Positions 9,201-15,983 of a stretch of 27,132 nt of DNA are shown here, one piece after another. The notes beneath the pieces are model-generated. The model was not told where the DNA came from, searched no databases, and saw nothing but the letters and a program-made list of their open reading frames with translations. The stretch is from a virus (Duplodnaviria; Heunggongvirae; Uroviricota; Caudoviricetes), in IMG/VR virus record IMGVR_UViG_3300050821_006962, positions 1-27,132 of that record. One strand, written 5' to 3'. Made by a program: the position numbers and the translations under genes. Within the stretch, counting starts at the first letter, position 1. Each line of letters opens with the position of its first letter.

Positions 9201-10020
9201 ACGCAACCCAGCCTACTGATGCAGAACCGCTCGGGGTAATAACAACCGTCGGAGGCACAGTCGGCGCAGCTAATCCAAAACCGAATACCGACCCATTCGG
9301 ACCTGTGTTGGCTGGATTCCAAGTCCAAGTGCTGCAACCATCTCCAGCATACAAAATCCCAGCGACCGCGACGAAGCTTGTTTGTCCACCGCAGGTCTTC
9401 TTCGCAAATAAAAGCTGCTTCGAGCCGTTCTGCTCGTCCCACCAGACGCCTCCGCCTGAGGTCGCTGTGGCGGCAATCGTCTCCGCGATGCCGTTTGGAT
9501 TTGCGAGCGTCAGCTGCGTGGTGCTGCTTGCTATGACAAGGAATGAGCCATTGTTTCCGGGATTGGTGACGAAGCCAGCGATTGAGAACAGCAAGCCGAC
9601 GTAGGCGTTGCTTCCGCCAAGCGGGAAGGTTCCAGTGTAAACGGTGTTGCCGCCGGACGCATTGGCCGCAGCAGATACCGCGAGGGCTCCGCTCGAACTC
9701 GTATCGATGATGACTCTAATCGTTCCGTCAAGTTGAGGAAATGCGAACGTGTAATCCGGCGGAGTCGGATAAGTTGTCGTTGAGAACAAAGACAGGCCGG
9801 GACGGCGCTGTAGCGCAAGCTGATTGTTCAGCTCGACGTTGCGCCCGCTAAGAAGTTGACCGGGTCTGCCCCCGTAGAATTTATTTTCAACCTGAGTACC
9901 GCCCGGGTGGAACTGCGCACGGTTGGTATTCAATCCTTCAAAGTAGGTCTCGGTGACGATGGAGCCCCACGCAGACGGTTTCTTGACCTGTGCTCCGCTG
10001 AGTTCAAATGCTCCCGGCAT
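6298..10020 (-). CDS. Tail tube / nozzle (P22 gp10 or T7 gp12-like) protein expanded by inserted domains, 1240 aa
   Basis: N-terminus NVELNNQLALQRRPGL and beta-propeller-like C-terminal segments (RIWGISGNEVIFS, GVGMLSWNALDVFAGEIFFFGSD) fit podoviral nozzle proteins; follows the adaptor genes. Confidence 0.75.
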   Translation of the reverse strand: MPGAFELSGAQVKKPSAWGSIVTETYFEGLNTNRAQFHPGGTQVENKFYGGRPGQLLSGRNVELNNQLALQRRPGLSLFSTTTYPTPPDYTFAFPQLDGTIRVIIDTSSSGALAVSAAANASGGNTVYTGTFPLGGSNAYVGLLFSIAGFVTNPGNNGSFLVIASSTTQLTLANPNGIAETIAATATSGGGVWWDEQNGSKQLLFAKKTCGGQTSFVAVAGILYAGDGCSTWTWNPANTGPNGSVFGFGLAAPTVPPTVVITPSGSASVGWVASTMFSTMGLIFDSGTGDMWQLQSVNASTTNTTQFGTSGSGQPHWNQTPGGTTSDTTGGGSITWTNKGPIVAWTAHTTYNNATVGGTATNPCIVYDPVTKAAYVQSSANTSGVSGNTVPTFKKALGQHTNDGGCVWIWVGPGISNAGLAPWLPSTAYPLIGTVTNNDAATAIVEPSGLQNGLPVSPNVLYFQASGGGTSGSGYTPFGTVGVAAGNLVDDGDLIWMSLGSYTWAATTVYTPWTANNTVFSAIYDTLTHAFYVCIVGGISNGSVPTFNPGYGKTTVETSGLTWVNVGDGVTWATATKWYLPAQGFFPPTGATPFGGASIVDNRVPSDVEFVINSGLSGAVQPTWPAIGNYTDDNGTTFTLSQVSVSGGTTTYTGTGLSGLAGQQLIITGFTNAGNNGYVVALTANSTTFTVATTSQVNETHAGVASNGLIWFNETAFSTQSLAFTKGYSYAYSYKSRSLTDFYTVDVAGTSQPPIPPGLSAPLPFPTGSLTGDVSSASPATVTPTGPDPGAVLTISGPVSTNPAVDTIVIWRSADGGGSSNMFELTEIPNLPNGGPGTWSFRDFLPDVPSTIAGVTYPGLNILLPAPIDGVNNPAPSNFRPQEYNFDRIWGISGNEVIFSGGPDTLVGNPNTSFNAADEFTFLANPTRAVKIGSVLVVFTPSSIEVIAGGPSTASFFTYTLVRGVGMLSWNALDVFAGEIFFFGSDSVLRVLSPNLTLTNAGFPIEDELINQAISGVQDATWNPSLVYLAVLQSGNDNMIALADGSTGWYRLNPRQQNGSVNGTEPIWSPFAAITNGCKMVTTVETSPGIKKLLVGATTGGQSVLKRDVTVFTDNGTQYDAYFIQGTFTLARRGELAILRFLEADFSGVAYKPMVSFLLNEAFSNTSTFTPFTLAPQFDPPTLYGATLSPTSYSPNRYYFAGVGSLARAIYLTVKVDFGTTPNPDMIYNLTINGTVLKAM
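7880..9216 (-). repeat. Five tandem ~68-81 aa protein repeats of the type W-x-A-x-T-x-Y ... YD ... G-x-SG ... P-x-[WF] ... DG-x-x-W (CBM5/12-like)
   Basis: Repeat-initial Trp codons at 9210, 8988, 8754, 8511 and 8307 (WVASTMF, WTAHTTY, WLPSTAY, WAATTVY, WATATKW), spaced 222, 234, 243 and 204 nt. Confidence 0.8.
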
Positions 10021-10949
10021 TACTGCGCTCTCCCTGCGTGACCTAGCTGTACAGCTCCTAGCGTTGACTGACGCTCCACTTCACGAGCCAACCATTGTTG
10101 AACAAAAGCATTTCTCTGCATCTCGGTCAAACCGCTTGCCTTCGACAAGAAGGCCGCAACGCCGCGCTGACGATAAAGTTGCGCACGGGGGTCATCGACC
10201 ATCGCGAACGCCTCCGAAAGAAACAAGTTATTGTAGATATCTGAGTACTGGTCCGGAATCGGGTCCCAAGCAAAGTTCGATACGTACGCCTGAATTGTCT
10301 CTGCGACGCCAGCTGCGTTCACGACCGTGAGAGTCGTGGTGGTCACGCTCACGACAACGAACGAACCGTTATTCACCGTGTGTGCAACGAAGCCTGTGAT
10401 AATCGCTGTCGAGCCTGCGGGGAACGAAAGGGGGTCAAAGGTTCCAGTATAGGCCGTGTTTCCGCCGGACGCATTTGCTGCCGCGCTGATGAAGAAGGGG
10501 CCGAACTGCGGCGCTAGCTTTTGGTACGTGATGATTACCGAATATATCTGGTCGGGCACGCCCATAAAGCGAAACACGCAGCCCGCCGTTGAGCTTGCGC
10601 TCTCGACCGACATCGCGGTCGGGCGCTGCTGAAACGACGACGGAGACAACGCTCTGTTATTGTAAAGGTCCTTAATTTCGTAGATGTTGCCTTGGTCATC
10701 CTGAATCGAGACCTTTTCGACGAAAGCAAAGTCGAGAACACTGGCTTCAGTATAATCTTGCTGACCGACCACTGTATTGAATGTCGCTGTATTGCGGTTG
10801 AAGTACCACGTTTGAGGCGGATTCAGAATCGAATTGCGAATCATCGAGGCAATCGAGACCGCAGGTTCCTGTCCCAGTCCCGCCGTGAGCGGCGAATACT
10901 GAATGAACGGAGCGGCCCAATTCAAGGTGTTCTGTAAGTTCAATGACAT
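10020..10949 (-). CDS. Head-tail adaptor protein, paralogue 2 (309 aa) with one inserted beta module
   Basis: Adaptor-like layout: N-terminal helices, then TWYFNR..VGQQDY, FRFMGVPD..ITYQK, and PIPDQY followed by helices. Aligns by eye with the 528-aa neighbour. Confidence 0.7.
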   Translation of the reverse strand: MSLNLQNTLNWAAPFIQYSPLTAGLGQEPAVSIASMIRNSILNPPQTWYFNRNTATFNTVVGQQDYTEASVLDFAFVEKVSIQDDQGNIYEIKDLYNNRALSPSSFQQRPTAMSVESASSTAGCVFRFMGVPDQIYSVIITYQKLAPQFGPFFISAAANASGGNTAYTGTFDPLSFPAGSTAIITGFVAHTVNNGSFVVVSVTTTTLTVVNAAGVAETIQAYVSNFAWDPIPDQYSDIYNNLFLSEAFAMVDDPRAQLYRQRGVAAFLSKASGLTEMQRNAFVQQWLAREVERQSTLGAVQLGHAGRAQ

Positions 10950-10951
10950 GA

Positions 10952-12538
10952 TTAAGGTCTCGGGTAATTATAGGGCCAAGCAGCTCCCTGAAAGTTATTA
11001 CGGCTGCGCGCCGCGCCAAACACGGTGCGCGATGGGATGAACTTGTTCTCTTCCAGCTCGCGGTCTTCTTTCACGCGCAACTCCATCAAAGCCTGCTGCC
11101 ACAGCTTCCACTCGGTTGGAAACTTCGCGTAAACGGCCTTCTCCGGGGAGCGGTGATAGAGCTGAGCAATGAAGCCGTCGCGGAAGAATGTCTCGAACTC
11201 GTCCGGCAGAGGAGCCAACGTCTGGCTCAAACTGACGAAGCGAACGGGCTTCATCTGCGCCGTCAAATTGAACTGCCACTCGGTGCCCGTCGACGACGGA
11301 ACCGGGGTGAAGCGGAAGCCCCAACCGTTCGGGTCAAGAACCGTCCACTGGGTCGATGCTCCGGCTCCAGATACTGTGGTACCCGGGACCGCATTGCGCG
11401 CAGCAAGCGGAGGCGCGGTGCCTTCGATGCCGTACGTGGTCAGCAACAAGAAGTTGCCGTTTGCATCAATGATTTGGGTAATCGGGTTGTCCGGCTGGTC
11501 TGTGTTCGCTGAGTTATCAACGTCGCCGCCAGATTCATACGTGCCCGGATTTACGGTCATCGTTACCGTTACGGTCGGCGCGGTCAAGACGGAGTCGTTG
11601 ATGCTGACAATCGTCCAGCTGCCGTTGTATGCGACCGGGAACACACTCGTGATTTGGAGCGTGCTGCCGACCTTGATTGTTGGGAGAAGACTTGTTATCG
11701 TGAATGTTGCTTGTCCGCCGGAGCCGCTCGACCACGAGGCCGCAGTTACCGCCGAGCCTGTAGGCTGGTAATAGACTGAGCCCGGTCCCGGATTGTTGCC
11801 GAGAGTCGCGCCGCCGACGTTTGCCTGTCCCCACGTTCCGTAATACAGCGTACGGTTCGGGAACCAGTTGCAGCGGAAGCCGGGGTCACCGAGACCCGCG
11901 CCGCCCGTGTAAGTCGCCGTAATTTGAGGAAGCTGACGCCCGCACTCGATGCGCGCGAACGGCTTCGGGATAGCACTGTTGTTGATGTCGAACGCCACGC
12001 CGCGCTCCAACCACGACATGTTGAGCAGCGGACCTGCTGCCGAGATTGCGGTTGCAGCGTGAGTCTCTAATACGCCGCCCGTATTCTGCAACACGAACGA
12101 GACCGCCGAAGAAGCGACGCACATGAAGGTTCCGTTGTTGCCGCCGTTGGTGAACCCGGCGATAACGAATGGCACGCCTACGTATCCACCGAATGCGCCG
12201 TCAGGCATCGTGCCCGCGTAAGTCGTGGTTCCGGCTGCTGTTGAGACCTGCGTAACCTGAGTCAACGTCAAAGTGCCCGTAAGTCCGGCAGGGTTAACGA
12301 CCGCATAATCCTGCTGAAAGCTGTTCGAATAAATTGGCGGGATATTGAACTCGTTCCACTTGTGAGGAAACGCGGTCGAGCAAATCGCGTTCATGACAGT
12401 GTTCGCGCACGATAGCGCAACCGTCTGCGTATGACCGCCCTCGTTCAGAATCGGTTCGATGTCGCCGTAAGTCTCCGCAACATCGACCAGATGTTGAAGA
12501 GGGATGGTTGAAAGGGTTCCGAAATTATTGTACGACAT
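10952..12538 (-). CDS. Head-tail adaptor protein, paralogue 1 (528 aa) with inserted domains
   Basis: FPHKWN..FQQDY, FRFTPVP..LTAQMKP, and PLPDEF followed by helices; same core as 10020-10949; start abuts the upstream stop (TAAATG). Confidence 0.7.
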   Translation of the reverse strand: MSYNNFGTLSTIPLQHLVDVAETYGDIEPILNEGGHTQTVALSCANTVMNAICSTAFPHKWNEFNIPPIYSNSFQQDYAVVNPAGLTGTLTLTQVTQVSTAAGTTTYAGTMPDGAFGGYVGVPFVIAGFTNGGNNGTFMCVASSAVSFVLQNTGGVLETHAATAISAAGPLLNMSWLERGVAFDINNSAIPKPFARIECGRQLPQITATYTGGAGLGDPGFRCNWFPNRTLYYGTWGQANVGGATLGNNPGPGSVYYQPTGSAVTAASWSSGSGGQATFTITSLLPTIKVGSTLQITSVFPVAYNGSWTIVSINDSVLTAPTVTVTMTVNPGTYESGGDVDNSANTDQPDNPITQIIDANGNFLLLTTYGIEGTAPPLAARNAVPGTTVSGAGASTQWTVLDPNGWGFRFTPVPSSTGTEWQFNLTAQMKPVRFVSLSQTLAPLPDEFETFFRDGFIAQLYHRSPEKAVYAKFPTEWKLWQQALMELRVKEDRELEENKFIPSRTVFGAARSRNNFQGAAWPYNYPRP

Positions 12539-13396
12539 TTATTCTCCCGGCCCGTAAGTACCCGGCGCTCGGCTGTTTTGCGGAATGTTGGGACTGATGC
12601 GGCAGTCTACGGGCGCACCTTGAACACGGCTATCAACGCCCGGAATTGTTGAGTTACTGCTGGTCTGCTTATCGTAAATCAGCGTACCTTGGACCGAGCG
12701 GCTCGCGTTGGGTCCGAACGGGGACAGACGACAATCGGGAACGCTATAAGCGTTTGACGGTGGTGCTGGCGCAGTCGCGGTAAAAGATGCACCAAAGCCC
12801 GTCCACTGATTACCCCCACCAAGAGTACCTAACACACTTACTGTGCCCGCCGCTCCGGCATCCGCCCAATCTAAGAGACCAATTTCAGAACCAGGTTGAA
12901 CGGCGGCAGTAAAACTTCCGCCAGCCGTTAGAGTTGTTCCGCCTGCGTTACTGAATACCCCACCGAAAATAAGGTCGTCATTAAAATTTGCAGCGACAGT
13001 ATAGCTAACGTTATTGTTGAAAGCTTGAGCATGTCCTGTCGCATCAAGGGCAGCCGTAAAACCAGATGTATAAGAGTATTCACCGATAACAATAGAGCCA
13101 AAGGTCTGGCCGACTCCCCCGATACTTACAGCAGCCTTCGAGCTGTTTTTAGCAGACAAAACATAAAACACGCCAACATAGTTTGAACCTGAGTAGTTGA
13201 ACCAAGAACCTGCTTGCACCCAAATGTTTCCGGCGTTGTCCGTGACAGCTATATTGCCGATGGTAGAAGCCACAGTCAAAACAAACGCAACAAGTAAATG
13301 CCCCGGCACATTGTTATTCCCGAACGTCGCAGATGTCGATGCCGAACTTGATGTGGAAGCAGCATAGTTATTTGCTGTTGTAAATATGGCAGCCAT
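12539..13396 (-). CDS. Tail-associated beta-rich protein, 285 aa (start moved to the ATG at 13396)
   Basis: ATG overlaps the tailspike stop (TAATG), which is the usual junction in this phage. Its N-terminal domain is paralogous to a C-terminal domain of the 805-aa protein; the last ~75 aa are Pro/Arg-motif rich. Confidence 0.8.
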   Translation of the reverse strand: MAAIFTTANNYAASTSSSASTSATFGNNNVPGHLLVAFVLTVASTIGNIAVTDNAGNIWVQAGSWFNYSGSNYVGVFYVLSAKNSSKAAVSIGGVGQTFGSIVIGEYSYTSGFTAALDATGHAQAFNNNVSYTVAANFNDDLIFGGVFSNAGGTTLTAGGSFTAAVQPGSEIGLLDWADAGAAGTVSVLGTLGGGNQWTGFGASFTATAPAPPSNAYSVPDCRLSPFGPNASRSVQGTLIYDKQTSSNSTIPGVDSRVQGAPVDCRISPNIPQNSRAPGTYGPGE

Positions 13397-15813
13397 TAGA
13401 TTGTCACCCAATTTGCCCCGGCTGCTGACGGAGACACCAGCACAGCCTTGAATTTTTTCGCAGACCCGTTAGAAATCGTTGTTGTACTGCCGCCATCTAT
13501 AGTCTGGCTATTGAGACATTGGATAGTAACCGTATTTGCGCCAGACCCAATATTCTTAATTTCGACTATCTGACCCATCATTTGTGTGGCATCCTGTAAA
13601 GTAGCCAAAACGTTTGCAGATGTTGGGTCTGCCATCACGAATAAATCAGTCGGAGCTAACTGATACGCAGGAGCAGCATTAGTCTTGAATGCCGCCCCGA
13701 CCATGTGCCACGTATCAGAATTTGTACTCGTTACGCCGGGATTTACCGCGCCCGCCGATGCTAGAATCTTAGATTCTCCAAAAGCGTTTGTTCCTGCTGG
13801 AGTCTTGCCATCAAGATTTAAAGTGAACGTCGCTCCCGCTGTTAGCACCGGGTTATTCTCGGTGTCGTTGTAGCCTAGCCCGAGAATCAAATCGTTGTTA
13901 GTCAAGGATGTCAAACTGCCCGCAGTCCACGACGTTCCTGTTCCAGTATTAGTTGAACTGGCTTCTGGAGCAGCATTCTGCACGTTCGAATATTCAAACA
14001 TCGCGCCATTCATCGTTTGAGGGCTGCCGTATTGAAGTGTAACCGTCGTGATGCCGGGATTTACATTCAGCGCATACCAGACGTGCGTAGTCCCAATCTG
14101 AGTCCAAACATTATTCTGATTATCCGTTACCGTATTTGGATTGATGCGATTAATCATCACCAACAAATTTCCCTGCGATACCGGGTTCGGCAGAGTATAA
14201 GTGAACTGGTTGTTAGCGTCTGTGTTTGGGTTGGCGCTACCTACGGCCTGTAAAAATCCGCCCGCTGACGGTTGAACAATCGTGTTTGGGTACGCACTCT
14301 GAATTGTGTTACCATAAAGACTGTTAATTGCAGCTTGGATAATCGGAACTTCTCCGATGTTCACACCCGCTTGCGTGGGATGAATTCCGTCTTGAAAATA
14401 CGTGACGTTGGCATAAGCGCCGTCCGCTCCTAGCTGAGGATTCGCGGCGACGTCTGCAAGAGCATCAGCGCACGTCTGCCAACCCTGACGTATAAGAATA
14501 TTAAGAGCGTTCTTTGTCGCATCTTCGCCGAATCTTGAAATCATAGTCACGAGAACAATCTTCCATCCGATTGCTCTTCGCGCTCGGCAGTACGCAGCTA
14601 AATTTGCCCATGTTCTAACAGGGCCACCCACATCCACATTTGTGCCACCCCAGATTACAACCACGTTGCGGGATGCCTTCGGTCGATATAGCGGGTCTAC
14701 ACTCAACGGCGCGTCGGCGAGCATTTGCGTAGTTGAGGTACCCGGTAATCCTTGATTGCTGATATCCGTGGTTTCTCCGTTTCCCACGCCCATCAACAAC
14801 GTATAAGCTGTAACGCCCTGTCCTGCCGTTATAGAATCGCCGTGAGCCGCTATCTGGTCTCTCTGACTGACCGTGTCTCCTATGACAACCTGCACGCCAC
14901 GAGCCGCCATCAGTGCAACAACGGTATCATTATTTTTGGCAACTTCTGCTGCCGTCAGTACTCGGTTATAAAACAAGGCGTAATAAATCGCGCCAGTCAT
15001 GTACGTGCCGGAGATTCCGCCTAGCTGGTATGAACCGTTTGTTTGAAGACCAACAGAGGAACCTGATTGATAGTACAAAGACTCCTGTGAGCCAATGAAA
15101 AATCTGTCGTTCGTGTCCAGTAACATCGAATAAAAATTAGTTCCGGCGATGATGCCAGTTGAAAAAGACTTGTACGACGGCCCGTTGATGAAACTGAGCA
15201 TTCTTGCGCTGCCTGTCAAAACCGAATTGGAACTCCCTACTGCGGGAACCGACGTTGCGCCATAAGCGGCAAACGCAATCGAGTTTGCACCGCTCCCTTG
15301 CACTAAAGAATTCGTGTTGTTCGTGTTGGACGTTCGGAGATAAGTAGCGAAAATTTGAATCGTTTTTGCAGAGTTTAACGCTGCCGGGAGCATGACTGCC
15401 CCAACTCCGGAAAGATTTAAACCTCCGGACGTTGCAAAAAGCGTTGGTGCAGTTCCTGCTGTCCCTGTTGCACCGTTACCGTTTCCTGAATAGTCGACCA
15501 AGGCCGCAGCCGATTCTGTCGACAGAATACGATATTCAGCCATCAAACCAGACTGAACAACACCTGACGGTATTCCGGATGCTGGCACACTGACAACAGA
15601 TAGAGGAGAACTAGCCGAGCCATTTCCAGATAGGCTGGAATCTGTTTGAACGGTACCCGCACCTCCGGAACCTATGGCAAGGTTTCCATAAGGTGTTCCT
15701 GTGGAATCGATGCCTGCTTCTACTGCCCCATTGGCACTGAGAAGCTGCAAAAAGTCTTGACCCGCATTCTCTGACTGCCATTTTTCGTATGTTCTTTTTG
15801 TCGGAGATGACAT
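13396..15813 (-). CDS. Tailspike / tail fibre with LamG-like domain and SGNH/GDSL hydrolase (probable polysaccharide deacetylase/esterase), 805 aa
   Basis: SGNH blocks are all present: AHGDSIT (Ser codon 14833-14835), NQGLPG, IWGGTN and QDGIHP (His codon 14380-14382). LamG-like ends are LMAEY..LVDYSGNGN and GAIYYALFYNRVLTAAEV. The C-terminus is fibre-type (VEIKNIGSGANTVTI..TIDGG). Confidence 0.8.
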   Translation of the reverse strand: MSSPTKRTYEKWQSENAGQDFLQLLSANGAVEAGIDSTGTPYGNLAIGSGGAGTVQTDSSLSGNGSASSPLSVVSVPASGIPSGVVQSGLMAEYRILSTESAAALVDYSGNGNGATGTAGTAPTLFATSGGLNLSGVGAVMLPAALNSAKTIQIFATYLRTSNTNNTNSLVQGSGANSIAFAAYGATSVPAVGSSNSVLTGSARMLSFINGPSYKSFSTGIIAGTNFYSMLLDTNDRFFIGSQESLYYQSGSSVGLQTNGSYQLGGISGTYMTGAIYYALFYNRVLTAAEVAKNNDTVVALMAARGVQVVIGDTVSQRDQIAAHGDSITAGQGVTAYTLLMGVGNGETTDISNQGLPGTSTTQMLADAPLSVDPLYRPKASRNVVVIWGGTNVDVGGPVRTWANLAAYCRARRAIGWKIVLVTMISRFGEDATKNALNILIRQGWQTCADALADVAANPQLGADGAYANVTYFQDGIHPTQAGVNIGEVPIIQAAINSLYGNTIQSAYPNTIVQPSAGGFLQAVGSANPNTDANNQFTYTLPNPVSQGNLLVMINRINPNTVTDNQNNVWTQIGTTHVWYALNVNPGITTVTLQYGSPQTMNGAMFEYSNVQNAAPEASSTNTGTGTSWTAGSLTSLTNNDLILGLGYNDTENNPVLTAGATFTLNLDGKTPAGTNAFGESKILASAGAVNPGVTSTNSDTWHMVGAAFKTNAAPAYQLAPTDLFVMADPTSANVLATLQDATQMMGQIVEIKNIGSGANTVTIQCLNSQTIDGGSTTTISNGSAKKFKAVLVSPSAAGANWVTI

Positions 15814-15929
15814 TAGCGCAGTCCTGTGAATAGCAAAATTAGCGCAGCGGTGGGAGCACTTTTAAATTGTGTTTGGATGCAGCCGAAGGAGGTCGATTGA
15901 GAAGTTTGTGTGGTGGCTACTGTCGTCAT
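15813..15929 (-). CDS. Unannotated 38-aa small ORF translationally coupled to the tailspike gene
   Basis: GAGGAAAG-ATG at 15929; MTTVATTQTSQSTSFGCIQTQFKSAPTAALILLFTGLR; its TAA overlaps the tailspike ATG (TAATG). Confidence 0.5.
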   Translation of the reverse strand: MTTVATTQTSQSTSFGCIQTQFKSAPTAALILLFTGLR

Positions 15930-15940
15930 CTTTCCTCGGA

Positions 15941-15969
15941 GAAAAGAATGGGGCGGAAGCCGCCGCCCC
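15941..15969 (-). terminator. Rho-independent terminator between head and tail blocks
   Basis: Minus strand GGGGCGG-CGGCTT-CCGCCCC (7 GC pairs) followed by ATTCTTTTC, 14 nt after the stop at 15984. Confidence 0.7.
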
Positions 15970-15983
15970 TCGGGTTGTTTGCC

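Noticed and set aside
5201-15813. Diversity-generating retroelement acting on fibre genes
   Set aside because: No reverse transcriptase in the window, and I saw no pair of ~100-nt repeats differing only at adenines; a self-dot-plot of the whole genome would be needed to exclude it fully.
15812-15847. 10-bp direct repeat ATTAGCGCAG (15812-15821 and 15838-15847) as an insertion scar or operator
   Set aside because: Only two copies 26 nt apart with no associated element; cannot be separated from chance or local duplication.
15855-15870. -1 frameshift at TTTAAAAG fusing the 38-aa ORF to the tailspike
   Set aside because: A -1 shift would restore frame, but the run is phased TTT-AAA-AGT rather than X-XXY-YYZ, so canonical slippage is not supported.
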